A stretch of 64,000 bases of DNA from a bacterium (lineage in GTDB: Bacteria; Zhuqueibacterota; QNDG01; JAFGCO01): positions 10,851-74,850 of the forward strand of contig JAFGCO010000011.1 in the NCBI GenBank assembly GCA_016932575.1, given 5' to 3'. Numbering within the stretch: position 1 is the first letter of the stretch; each line of letters starts with the position of its first letter. Shown in pieces: positions 30,194 through 40,062 of this stretch. Position numbers and translations under genes: made by a program. The notes beneath the pieces are model-generated. The model did no database searches. It saw nothing but the letters and a program-made list of their open reading frames with translations, and was not told where the DNA came from.

Positions 30194-31649
30194 TGGTGGC
30201 ATAATGATGCATATTTTACTGGTTGAAGACAACACAGGAGTCCGGGAAAGTCTGGTCGAATTACTCCAGAATCTCGGCTATCAGATCACAAGCTGTGAAA
30301 ATGGAAAAATTGCCATGGACATCCTCAATCAGTCGGATATTAATGTGGTCCTGTCTGACATCATGATGCCGGTAATGAATGGACATCAATTACTGAAAAA
30401 TGTTAAAGACAAGGATTCGTTAAAACATATTGAAGTCATCTTATTTACAGGACATGGAGACGTGAAAAGCGCTGTGGAAGCCATGCGTGACGGCGCATAC
30501 GATTATTTGGTCAAACCGGTGAATGTTGAGGAATTGGACGTGGTTTTAAAACGGCTGAATGATCTTTTTCAATTAAAAACAGACCATGAAAAACTCAGCC
30601 ATCATTTTAAGGAAGAAGTTCAAAAAGCCACGCAGGAAATTGAGAATGAATTAATTGCCATTCGCAAGGCATTTGCACGGGAAATTGGCACAGTTGAAAT
30701 TGGTATTTTTTCAAAATCCATGAAACAGGTTTTCGGACGCGCAGAAAAACTGCATCAGAATCCCGACATTCCTGTACTCATTGAAGGAGAAACAGGGACT
30801 GGAAAAGAGCTGGTGGCTCATTTCATCCATTATGGGCATGGCGATGTGGTCGCTCCTTTTGTGGGATTAAACTGTGCGGCACTCAGCGCCAATTTATTTG
30901 AAAGCGAGCTGTTCGGTTACGAACCCGGTGCATTTACCGGAGGCAGCCCCAGGGGTCAAAAAGGCAAACTGGAACTAAGCGGGAATGGTTCTCTTTTCCT
31001 GGATGAAATTACGGAAATGCCGGCTGAGCACCAGGCCAAGTTGTTACGGGTAATTCAGGAACGGGAATTTTTCCGTGTGGGGGGGTTAAAAAAAAAGGAA
31101 GCCAAAGCCAGGTTCATTTGCGCAACGAACCGGAATGTAAAAGAAGCCGTTAAAAACGGCTCTTTTCGTCAGGATCTATACTTCCGGTTGAATATCGGAC
31201 ATATCCGTATTCCTCCGCTGAGAGAGCGTCCGGAATCTATTTTACCAATGGCTCTTTTATTTTTGAAACAACTGACAAAGCAGAAAGCCACACATTTCCA
31301 GAAAATTTCTCAAAAAGCCAGTGAGATGCTTCAAAAGTATCATTGGCCGGGCAATGTACGTGAGTTAAAAAATCTGATCGAACGCATTGTTCTGTACTGG
31401 GATGACGAAGAAATCCGGCCAACTCATGTTCGTGCCTGCCTTGAAAGTATCCCAAGCCCTTATATGTCCAATAAAATAAACGAAATCCCTGAAGAATTCC
31501 AAATGCCCGGAAACCGTATGGATTTAAATAAACATGTATTGACCCTGGTAAAAAAGGCCCTGGATATGCATCAGGGCAATCAAACGCAGACCGCCCAGTA
31601 TCTTGGAATTTCTGTCCGCGTCTTGCATACATATATGAAAAAATTATAA
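30186..31649 (+). CDS. sigma54-dependent response regulator (NtrC/AtoC family; REC-AAA+-HTH)
   Basis: VLSDIMMP, GETGTGKE, ESELFG..PGAFTGG, LFLDEI, RQDLYFRL, WPGNVREL, Fis-type HTH. The start may be ATG 30204 or 30207. Confidence 0.95.
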   Translation: MNNGGIMMHILLVEDNTGVRESLVELLQNLGYQITSCENGKIAMDILNQSDINVVLSDIMMPVMNGHQLLKNVKDKDSLKHIEVILFTGHGDVKSAVEAMRDGAYDYLVKPVNVEELDVVLKRLNDLFQLKTDHEKLSHHFKEEVQKATQEIENELIAIRKAFAREIGTVEIGIFSKSMKQVFGRAEKLHQNPDIPVLIEGETGTGKELVAHFIHYGHGDVVAPFVGLNCAALSANLFESELFGYEPGAFTGGSPRGQKGKLELSGNGSLFLDEITEMPAEHQAKLLRVIQEREFFRVGGLKKKEAKARFICATNRNVKEAVKNGSFRQDLYFRLNIGHIRIPPLRERPESILPMALLFLKQLTKQKATHFQKISQKASEMLQKYHWPGNVRELKNLIERIVLYWDDEEIRPTHVRACLESIPSPYMSNKINEIPEEFQMPGNRMDLNKHVLTLVKKALDMHQGNQTQTAQYLGISVRVLHTYMKKL

Positions 31650-31715
31650 AAATCAAATAAAAAACTTCGGGTTCCATAAAAGACAACACTCTATCTGAAT
31701 AAGCAGGTTGCGCCA

Positions 31716-31745
31716 ATTGACAAATCCGTATACCAATCTGTCAAT
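31716..31745. promoter_or_regulatory. Candidate upstream activator site (inverted repeat)
   Basis: ATTGACAAAT-N10-ATCTGTCAAT (one mismatch), 110-140 nt upstream of a sigma54 box and separated from it by an AT-rich tract. Confidence 0.5.
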
Positions 31746-31855
31746 CCATGAAATTTCCACGTATTTCTTTATCATAATTTCTTTCAATTAAATAATCATT
31801 TTATTTCAATTTAATTAATAATTTATATAAGCTCCCGGTCGGAAAGAATTCAACC

Positions 31856-31871
31856 TGGCATAATTCATGCA
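31856..31871 (+). promoter_or_regulatory. sigma54 (-24/-12) promoter of the chemosensory operon
   Basis: TGGCATAATTCATGCA, GG-N10-GC spacing, immediately downstream of an NtrC-type activator gene. Confidence 0.7.
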
Positions 31872-31945
31872 TTTAAAGTTTTGTTTATTGATTCGCTGAC
31901 TTTAAGAAAAATGACAGAGCATAGATACAATGCCGCGTTTAATCA

Positions 31946-33037
31946 TTGATAAAGTTCATGACAGGAATGAAAAGGGATGCCGAAATGCAGCTTGCCAACG
32001 CTTTGAAGAAAGTGGGGTCTCCGATGAAGCTCCTGATTATTGATGATCAACCTCAAGTAACAAACAGCCTTAAAGAAGCCATCGAGCCTGGAGGACATGA
32101 ATGTGTGGTATTTAACCAGCCCCAAAAAGCCGTTTCACATTTTCAGAACGAATACTTTGATGCCGTCATTACCGATTTGAAAATGCCTGAAATGGATGGC
32201 ATTCAAGTCTTAAAAATGATTCAAAAAAATCGTCCGGGCACTCCGGTGATTATCCTTACAGGATATGCCGACACACAAAATGCCATAGAAGCAGTAAATC
32301 TCGGGGCATACGGTTTTTTTCAAAAGCCGGTTCAAATTCAGGAACTGCTGGAATCTCTCAAACAGATCGAATTAAAAATTCAGGAAGACATGTTGAGGGA
32401 TATCCGACTGAACCAGTTGCAGGCAGAAAAGGAAAAAATGTCCACTGAACTGAAAGAACGCATCAACCAGACTCTTCAGCTCATCAGCAGCCTGTTGCGA
32501 ATGCAATACGGAAAAATGGAAAACAGCCAGGCAAAAAAAGCGCTTCATTCCGCCTATCAACGCATACATACCATGGCATTGATTCATGAACGTATTTATT
32601 CAGAAGGTCACGCAGCAAAACTGAATCTGGCTGAATATATCAAACGTTACATGAATACATTTTCACAAATCAATCAATTGAATGAGAAAAATATCACCAT
32701 TGATTTGCAACTCGAACCTGTCACCGTGGATGTCAATCATGCCATCCCCTGGGGTTTGGTATTTAACGAACTGATCGCCAATGCCATTTCTCATGCCTTT
32801 TCAGACTCCAATGGAAATGACAACAGAATTTATGTGTCTCTAAACCGAAATAAAAGCAATGCCATTACTTTGAAAGTCAGTGACAACGGAAAAGGAATCG
32901 ATCAAAAAATAAATATGGATGAATATGCTTCTTTAGGCATGAACCTGATTTCAAATATTGTACGATATCAGCTTAACGGAAATATCGATATTCAATCCAA
33001 ATCCGGAACCTGTATAAAGATTGTTAGCCCCTCATGA
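31946..33037 (+). CDS. REC-HisKA_2-HATPase protein with degenerate H-box (pseudokinase)
   Basis: REC (IIDD, ITDLKMP); ELKERINQTLQLISSLL in place of [27 protein letters not shown]. The true start is probably ATG 31985 or 32024. Confidence 0.85.
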   Translation: MIKFMTGMKRDAEMQLANALKKVGSPMKLLIIDDQPQVTNSLKEAIEPGGHECVVFNQPQKAVSHFQNEYFDAVITDLKMPEMDGIQVLKMIQKNRPGTPVIILTGYADTQNAIEAVNLGAYGFFQKPVQIQELLESLKQIELKIQEDMLRDIRLNQLQAEKEKMSTELKERINQTLQLISSLLRMQYGKMENSQAKKALHSAYQRIHTMALIHERIYSEGHAAKLNLAEYIKRYMNTFSQINQLNEKNITIDLQLEPVTVDVNHAIPWGLVFNELIANAISHAFSDSNGNDNRIYVSLNRNKSNAITLKVSDNGKGIDQKINMDEYASLGMNLISNIVRYQLNGNIDIQSKSGTCIKIVSPS

Positions 33038-33076
33038 TCATTTTGACAACCTATGCGAGAATAAAAGGACGATACA

Positions 33077-33712
33077 ATGGACAATCAAGATCAAGTTAAG
33101 TATATCTGGCATCAGTGGGTCTGTTTTAAATTGGGCAATGAAGAGTTTGGTGTGGATATACTCAAAGTCAGAGAAATTGTACGCATCCAATCGATTACCC
33201 ATGTTCCACAGACACCTGATACAGTTGCCGGAGTGATCAATCTGCGAGGCAATGTCATTCCGGTAATCGATTTGCCCAAAAAGCTGGGTCTGCCTGAATC
33301 CAACCGGGACGACAAAGCACGAATCATTGTTTTTTTCGTCGGTGATAAACTGATCGGAATGATTGTAGATCATGTCGAACGTGTACTGCGTATCAGAAAA
33401 GAGCAGATTGAATCGCCTCCGGATATTGGTGCAGGCAGAATTCAGGATTATATTGAAGGCATGGGAAAAGTTGAGAAAGACCTGATTGTCTTACTGAATA
33501 TCGACAAAATATTAACCGAAGAAGATATTATTCAAATCGAAGATTTGAAAAAAATGAAACAGGCAACCGAACAAATAAAGGCATCGAAAATACCGCCTGA
33601 AAAAACTGTCAGAAAACCAGAATCCACATCGAAAACCGCAACGAAAAAAAAGACAAAATTGAATCTCCCGGTTGCTAAAAAAAAGAATCAGAAAAAATTA
33701 TCGAAAAAATAA
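33077..33712 (+). CDS. cheW: Chemotaxis adaptor CheW with Lys-rich C-terminal tail
   Basis: FKLGNEEFGVDILKVREI, GVINLRGNVIPVIDL, GMIVD.V. Confidence 0.95.
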   Translation: MDNQDQVKYIWHQWVCFKLGNEEFGVDILKVREIVRIQSITHVPQTPDTVAGVINLRGNVIPVIDLPKKLGLPESNRDDKARIIVFFVGDKLIGMIVDHVERVLRIRKEQIESPPDIGAGRIQDYIEGMGKVEKDLIVLLNIDKILTEEDIIQIEDLKKMKQATEQIKASKIPPEKTVRKPESTSKTATKKKTKLNLPVAKKKNQKKLSKK

Positions 33713-33731
33713 AAAAAGGGGAGAATCTGGC

Positions 33732-35873
33732 ATGACTGTTAAAAAGATACTGGGCATAAGTATAATAATCTTGTCAGGTATTGATATCGGATTTGCCCAA
33801 AAGACCGAAGATCTGATGTCTATGTCTCTCGAAGATATCCTTAACATGAATATTTTTTCAGTATCCAAGCAGGCAGAGAATATCTTCGAGTCCCCGCTTT
33901 CAGCATCAGTGATTACTCGGGAAGATATTCTGAACTCAGGCGTGACCACATTAGAAGAGGCTTTACGCCTCGCACCCGGGTTGATTGTTCGTGAAGAAAG
34001 CCACGGAAATTATGATATTCATATTCGGGGTATGGATAATATCCCGCCGGGTAATTTTACATCATTCAGTGAAAATACCATGACATTGGTCATGATCGAC
34101 GGTCGAAAGGTTTTCAATCATCTGAATGGCGGCACATTCTGGGAAACACTTCCGATCGGCATTGATGAAATTGAACGTATCGAAATTATACGCGGTCCGG
34201 CTGCCTCCTTGTATGGTCCCAACGCAGTCACGGGTGTGATCCATTTTATTACCAGGGAGGCACATATAGACAAGTCTGGTATTTCTGGAAATATCACACA
34301 AGGGCACCCAAACTCATCAATCGGTGAACTGAATGCTTTTTATAAACCGAGGAATAATATGGGTATGAAAATCAGCGCTATTGGGGAACAAAGAGAACGG
34401 TTTCAGGACACCTATCATTCATATTTACATGATGCAGAAGTGCCTTATGATTCGCTTCGGCCTTATCGAATCGATCCTTCCACAGATCAGGGTTACCCTG
34501 AAATTAAAGACAAGAACATTTCAAAAAAACGCTGGAGCAGCACAATCAGATTGAATTGGGACATTTCCAAATCGATAAAACTTGATATAAGCGGCGGCTA
34601 TCAGGATTCAAGAGCACAAACCGTATTTATGGAAACTTTTGCCACACCATTAAGCATTCGTACTTCAAAAACAAGTTATGCCAATATCAATGCTACTATT
34701 TACGGTTTTCAGTTACAGATTTCCGGTCAGACGGGAATACAGGACATGAAAGAAAATTTTAAAATTGTATCGAAATTCGATATGCGCATGTTTGATGGTA
34801 ATTTAGAATACGCCTGGGAAAAAGGTCCGCTGAAACTCAGGCCCGGAATGAGCTGGCAGGAAGTAATGTACAAAGATACGCCTTATCTGACTCCTGAGCA
34901 GCTGGATATGGGGTATTTAAACGCTGAACGAACTCTGAGCAATTATGCCTATTTTTTAAGGACAGAATATCAGCCTGTCAATCCTGTCCGCATTATAGCT
35001 GCTCTGCGTACCGATTATTATAATTACCCGGATACGGCCTATATTAATTATCAGCTGGCTGCAACATATCGAATAAATGGCAACAATATCATTCGAGGAG
35101 TCTATTCACGAGCCAATCGCGGTCCCTTTTTCATGGATATTTATACGGATGTTTCTGAATATATTGACGAAAAACAAATTGAATATCTGGGCAACAGAAA
35201 TTTACGATTACCATTAACAGATATGGCTGAAATTGGTTTTCGCAGCCGACTTTCAAAGCGAGTGCAAATGGATATTGAACTCTATTACAGCACAACCCGG
35301 GATCTGACCAGCCTTGATGTAAATACGATTGGATATATTGAGAATCAACCTTCAAATTTCAGCAGTCTGGGATATATCTACCACAATATTCGTTCGACAG
35401 CACGGCAGATGGGAATCACAGGCAATTTCAGCATCACCTTGAGTCAGTCATTAAAAAGTCGTTTTTACGGTTCAATCCAAAAAACGGAACTTGAAGATTT
35501 CGGCTGGAAAACCTCACCCTTTGAATTACAACCTGAAGAAGGATCACTTATACATAAAAATACTCCGGCATTTTATGGCGGCCTTTTACTCACATATCAT
35601 CCTTCCCATTCATGGACAGTAAACGGGAGCATTTATTATCTGGGTTCTCATATGTATCGGCATGATTACGCCTCGATAGATGAAGCCAATGGTGAAATAA
35701 AGCTGAAATCCAGACTCATTCCGGCAATCCATGTGAGATATAAATTTTTCAAAGAAAATTCGGTATACTTCACCCTGAAAAATTTCATTACCGATCAACG
35801 GGAATTCGGTTTTGCAGAATCTACCGGCCTGTCCATATTCGGAGGATTCCGGTGGGCATGGGCAAAGCCATAA
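33732..35873 (+). CDS. TonB-dependent outer-membrane receptor (type typically found beside yfiR)
   Basis: Signal peptide; DLMSMSLEDILNMNIFSVSKQAE; plug motifs LRLAPG, IRG, LVMIDGR, IERIEIIRGPAASLYGPNAVTGVIHFIT; terminal aromatic strand GGFRWAW. ATG 33732 with GGGGAG RBS. Confidence 0.92.
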   Translation: MTVKKILGISIIILSGIDIGFAQKTEDLMSMSLEDILNMNIFSVSKQAENIFESPLSASVITREDILNSGVTTLEEALRLAPGLIVREESHGNYDIHIRGMDNIPPGNFTSFSENTMTLVMIDGRKVFNHLNGGTFWETLPIGIDEIERIEIIRGPAASLYGPNAVTGVIHFITREAHIDKSGISGNITQGHPNSSIGELNAFYKPRNNMGMKISAIGEQRERFQDTYHSYLHDAEVPYDSLRPYRIDPSTDQGYPEIKDKNISKKRWSSTIRLNWDISKSIKLDISGGYQDSRAQTVFMETFATPLSIRTSKTSYANINATIYGFQLQISGQTGIQDMKENFKIVSKFDMRMFDGNLEYAWEKGPLKLRPGMSWQEVMYKDTPYLTPEQLDMGYLNAERTLSNYAYFLRTEYQPVNPVRIIAALRTDYYNYPDTAYINYQLAATYRINGNNIIRGVYSRANRGPFFMDIYTDVSEYIDEKQIEYLGNRNLRLPLTDMAEIGFRSRLSKRVQMDIELYYSTTRDLTSLDVNTIGYIENQPSNFSSLGYIYHNIRSTARQMGITGNFSITLSQSLKSRFYGSIQKTELEDFGWKTSPFELQPEEGSLIHKNTPAFYGGLLLTYHPSHSWTVNGSIYYLGSHMYRHDYASIDEANGEIKLKSRLIPAIHVRYKFFKENSVYFTLKNFITDQREFGFAESTGLSIFGGFRWAWAKP

Positions 35874-35901
35874 CAATTCCAGTAATAAAAGGCAATCTAT
35901 C

Positions 35902-36144
35902 ATGAATATAAAAACGATCGCAGAATTCTTTTTATCGATTCTATGCCCGGGTTTTCTTTTCAATCTTCAGACCCGGGAGATCGACAGTAAAATTCTGCTG
36001 AATTTCACTTTAACGCATCATATCCATACGAATATCGATCTGTTTGTGAATACACGCAACGTATTGGGTAATAACTCCCAGGAATTTGGATTTACCGACA
36101 ATACAAACCGGCTCTGTCTGTCAGGCCTGCGTTTTGAATATTAA
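35902..36144 (+). pseudogene. Internally deleted paralogue of the TonB-dependent receptor (signal-like N-terminus fused to the last barrel strands)
   Basis: IDSKILLNFTLTH...LFVNTRNVLGNNSQEFGFTDNTNRLCLSGLRFEY aligns by eye with the upstream receptor end LKSRLIPAIHVRY...VYFTLKNFITDQREFGFAESTGLSIFGGFRWAW. Confidence 0.7.
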
Positions 36145-36166
36145 TAACGGCTCAATCCTGGAGGCT

Positions 36167-36694
36167 ATGATGGCCAAATTGTTTATAAAAATATTCATTC
36201 TGATCATGACAGGCATACTCATTCTCTTGCCTGTTTCACTGACGGCTCAGACAGAAAATACACCTGCGAGTCTTGCTGTTGCTCTGACCTTGAAATTGGC
36301 CGCTTTTGAAAAAAATATCGCGTCACAAGAAAATGTGACAATATTTGTTCTGGGAGCGCCTGATGTAGCTGTTGAGCTACAGAACGTCATCGGAAGTGCG
36401 ATTGGCAAAGCGACACTGACTGCCGTATCATCCGGAGATACATTGCCGGAACAGCCGCCCTCTTTACTGTTTGTCGGTTCTGAAGCCGATATCAATCAAG
36501 CCGTTGAATATGCAAAAAAGCACAACATCCTCAGCATCACAGGCGTGCCGCAGTTTGCCAGCAAAGGAGTAATCCTCGGAATCGGCATCGGAACAAACGG
36601 GAAACCCGTTGTTACATTAAACCTGACTTCAACGATCGAAGCGGGTATTTCCTGGAATCCTGCCATCATGAAAATCGCAAAAACAATCAAATAA
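36167..36694 (+). CDS. Divergent YfiR/HmsC-family periplasmic protein
   Basis: Signal peptide; ALTLKLAAFEKNI, LLFVG, ILSITG..F..KGVILGI...GKP.V.LNL....AGISW.PAIMKIAK parallels the YfiR C-terminal pattern; position between TBDR and sensor. Confidence 0.75.
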   Translation: MMAKLFIKIFILIMTGILILLPVSLTAQTENTPASLAVALTLKLAAFEKNIASQENVTIFVLGAPDVAVELQNVIGSAIGKATLTAVSSGDTLPEQPPSLLFVGSEADINQAVEYAKKHNILSITGVPQFASKGVILGIGIGTNGKPVVTLNLTSTIEAGISWNPAIMKIAKTIK

Positions 36695-36710
36695 GGGGTA
36701 AGAATATACC

Positions 36711-38288
36711 ATGTTCGAAAAAATTCTTAAAATAAGCAATTGGAAAATCAAATGGCGCATCATTCTTCTGATCAGCCTGATTGGCATTTTTGTCAGCATT
36801 CTTCTTGGCATTTACGCTCCCGGACAGGCCAGAAAAATGGGTGAAGCCATCCTGAAAAACGACGTGGGGTTTATTGCCAATCTGCTTGCCGACAATCTGG
36901 CTCTGGGTATGCAGACCCGCTTCTTCGATGAAGGCGCTTCATTGCAGCAAACTCTCGATATGTTAAAATCATCGGATGGACCTCAAAAAGGAACCATAAG
37001 CCAGGTTTATATCTTTGATGAGACTGGCGCATTCATCAGAGCTATGAAGGATGAAAAACCAATAGAGTTCAAGCAAACAAACAACATTGAAATCATCAAT
37101 AAAGGTGCCTATTTTCGTGTATGGATCCCCATGCAGGATATCGATCAGGCTGTTGTAGGATATCTGGCAATTGATTTTTCAAAGAATTTTTTCAAAAGAC
37201 AGGCAGATAAGATCGCATGGCTGGGTCTTCTGATTGGAATAATAGTACTGGCAGGCACTTTATTGGGAAGTATTTATCTCAGTCGCAGCGTTTCACAGGG
37301 ACTGCGCCGGGCTACCAATATCATGATTGACATTGCCGAAGGAGAAGGGGATCTAACCCGTCGTTTGCCTGTGGAATCTGAAGACGAGGTAGGAGAACTG
37401 AATCGGTGGATCAATGCCTTTATGGACAGGCTGCATGATCTGATCTCCCAGGTAAGGGACAACACAGACCAGGTAATCGGGGCTGTCGGACTGATTACGA
37501 ACGCTGCCAATGAAATGGCCTCGGGTGCCGAAGAACAGACTGCTCAGGCTTCCGAAGTATCTGCCGGTGTGGAAGAAATGACGTCTTCTATCATGCAAAC
37601 TTCACAAAACGCCGGTGAAACAGCGAAAATCAGCGAATCCGCCACAAATAAAGCCAAACAGGGTTCTGAGGCCATGCAAATGACACGCGAGGGTATCCGT
37701 GATATTGTGACATCAACGGGTAAGATGCGAGATATCATTAAAACTTTAACAGAACGCGCCGGCCAGATTGATAAAATTATCCAGGTGATCGACAAAATTG
37801 CTGATCAGACCAACCTGCTTGCATTAAATGCCGCAGTTGAAGCTGCACGAGCTGGTGAACAGGGCAGCGGTTTCGCAGTAGTCGCCGATGAAGTGCGAAA
37901 GCTGGCTGAACGCACCACAAATGCCACCAAAGAAATCGCGGAAACCATTCAGGCCATACAGCAGGATACGCATATGGCATCGGAGTCTATGGATGAAACA
38001 AACAGTAAAGTGGCCCACGGTGAATGGGCAACAGAGCAAACTGAAAAAGTGCTCGGTGAAATCGTGGACATTGTAGCGCAGGCCATGGATATGATTCAAC
38101 AAATTGCCGCGGCCGCTGAAGAACAAAGCGCTGGTGCCGAAGAAATTTCAAGCAGTGTCGAAACCATCGCCAGTATCACCAAACAATCCGCGGTAAACGC
38201 AGAAACCATGGCCTCTGCCGCACATCAATTAAATAAACAAACAGCTGTCCTTCAGAAGGCAGTCAGTTTGTTTAAATTACGTAAATAA
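36711..38288 (+). CDS. Methyl-accepting chemotaxis protein with YfiN-like (single Cache/PAS-type) periplasmic domain
   Basis: Two TMs, HAMP (GEGDLTRRL...DEVGEL), [38 protein letters not shown]. Confidence 0.95.
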   Translation: MFEKILKISNWKIKWRIILLISLIGIFVSILLGIYAPGQARKMGEAILKNDVGFIANLLADNLALGMQTRFFDEGASLQQTLDMLKSSDGPQKGTISQVYIFDETGAFIRAMKDEKPIEFKQTNNIEIINKGAYFRVWIPMQDIDQAVVGYLAIDFSKNFFKRQADKIAWLGLLIGIIVLAGTLLGSIYLSRSVSQGLRRATNIMIDIAEGEGDLTRRLPVESEDEVGELNRWINAFMDRLHDLISQVRDNTDQVIGAVGLITNAANEMASGAEEQTAQASEVSAGVEEMTSSIMQTSQNAGETAKISESATNKAKQGSEAMQMTREGIRDIVTSTGKMRDIIKTLTERAGQIDKIIQVIDKIADQTNLLALNAAVEAARAGEQGSGFAVVADEVRKLAERTTNATKEIAETIQAIQQDTHMASESMDETNSKVAHGEWATEQTEKVLGEIVDIVAQAMDMIQQIAAAAEEQSAGAEEISSSVETIASITKQSAVNAETMASAAHQLNKQTAVLQKAVSLFKLRK

Positions 38289-38415
38289 CACATAATCATC
38301 AAGGGCACCTGATCGTGAAACCAGTATCCCTTTAACGAAATCACGTCCAGGCGCTCCATTGTAAATAAAAAACAGAATGGGGCAACGTTATTATATATAA
38401 AAAAAGGATGATCCA

Positions 38416-40047
38416 ATGTTTAAACGATTGAAATTCAGAGAAAAATTATTTTCAATCCCCCTGGCTATACTCTTTTTCTTTTTTATTGCTATCATCGGCG
38501 TCACGATTATCAACAACAGATCAGCACATAACCGGAACAGCTTAATCAGCGAGGGATACTGTCCGGCTTATATGATCAGTCGGGACATGGCGGAACAGCT
38601 CGTCACCATTAAAATGAAACTCCAGGAGGCTGTTTCGACTATGGAAGAAGAAACACTTCTTGAAGCGGATGAAGCAAGAAATACATTTATTGCTTTAATC
38701 AATAAGGGAATACAAAATCCGGTTTTAGAGGATAAAATTGATTTGCTTGTCAGACGCAAGCAGGATCTTGAAGAATACTACAATCATGCTTATAAAATCA
38801 GCAAGCAGATGATTAATGGTTATATGAACAGAGATCTCATGAACGAGCTGGAAACCATGAATAAAAGGTATGAAAATCTCAAAATCGGGATTGAACAGGA
38901 TCGCGACATTTTTGAAAATGAAATGAACATGAATTTTAAAAAAATGGAAAAAAACAACAACGTTTCTTTCTTTATTATGGTAGGTTTGATAATCATCTCA
39001 ATGACAACCATAGGTATTGTGAATTACCATATCACCAATACAATCACCAGAAATCTGAATGAGATGGTCAATATGATGAAAGCCATTGCAAAAGGTGAGG
39101 GTGATTTGACCAAAAGGCTCACTGTATATTCAAATGATGAATTGGGAGATCTGGCCAATTGGTTCAACCTTTTTGTAGAGAAATTACATGCGATTATCAG
39201 TCAGGTACGACTCAATACCAACCATGTATCCAGCGCAGCTTCCACCATAAGCGCCACTGCGATACAAATGGCTGCCGGGTCTGAAGAACATAACACGCAA
39301 GCCGGAGAAGTATCTGCCAGTGTTGAAGAAATGACTGCCTCGATTATGCAGAATTCCAAAAACGCGGGAGAAACAGCTAAAATTGCAGAAGAGGCCAGTG
39401 ACCGTGTAAAACAAGGCACAGAAACCGTACAGACCACTCGCCAGGGCATGGAGCGTATTGTACAAGCATCTTTAAAAATGGAATCCACCATTAAGTCACT
39501 GACCAATCGAGCATTACAAATTGGTGAAATCACACGGGTCATTGATAAAATTGCCGATCAAACCAACCTTCTTGCCTTAAATGCTGCTGTGGAAGCGGCG
39601 CGCGCCGGCGAACAGGGCAGCGGTTTCGCGGTGGTTGCGGATGAAGTCCGCAAATTGGCCGAACGAACTGCAGAAGCAACCGGTGAAATTGCGGAAACCA
39701 TTGAAGCTATTCAAAAAGATACCATTGAAGCTTCCGAATCCATGATGGAAACCAAAGATGCTGTCGATTCCGGAAAAAATTCTACAGAACAGGCAGAAAT
39801 AGTATTGGCAGAGATTCTTAATTCCGTGAATCAGGCCGTGGATATGATACAGCAAATTGCCGCCGCTTCAGAAGAACAAAGCGCCGGTGCTCAGGAAATA
39901 TCAGGCAGTATAGAACAAATGAATTCTGTCTCCAGACAAACCTCTGATGGTTCAGAGAAAATGTCTACAGCGGCCCAGGAATTAAAGTCACAAACAGAAG
40001 TGCTAAGCGCGCTGGTTAATCATTTTAAATTAAATCACAATATATAG
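38416..40047 (+). CDS. Methyl-accepting chemotaxis protein with helical-bundle periplasmic domain
   Basis: Two TMs, HAMP (GEGDLTKRL...DELGDL), same signalling-tip motif as the upstream MCP. Confidence 0.95.
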   Translation: MFKRLKFREKLFSIPLAILFFFFIAIIGVTIINNRSAHNRNSLISEGYCPAYMISRDMAEQLVTIKMKLQEAVSTMEEETLLEADEARNTFIALINKGIQNPVLEDKIDLLVRRKQDLEEYYNHAYKISKQMINGYMNRDLMNELETMNKRYENLKIGIEQDRDIFENEMNMNFKKMEKNNNVSFFIMVGLIIISMTTIGIVNYHITNTITRNLNEMVNMMKAIAKGEGDLTKRLTVYSNDELGDLANWFNLFVEKLHAIISQVRLNTNHVSSAASTISATAIQMAAGSEEHNTQAGEVSASVEEMTASIMQNSKNAGETAKIAEEASDRVKQGTETVQTTRQGMERIVQASLKMESTIKSLTNRALQIGEITRVIDKIADQTNLLALNAAVEAARAGEQGSGFAVVADEVRKLAERTAEATGEIAETIEAIQKDTIEASESMMETKDAVDSGKNSTEQAEIVLAEILNSVNQAVDMIQQIAAASEEQSAGAQEISGSIEQMNSVSRQTSDGSEKMSTAAQELKSQTEVLSALVNHFKLNHNI

Positions 40048-40062
40048 ACAGGCCTGAGGGAA

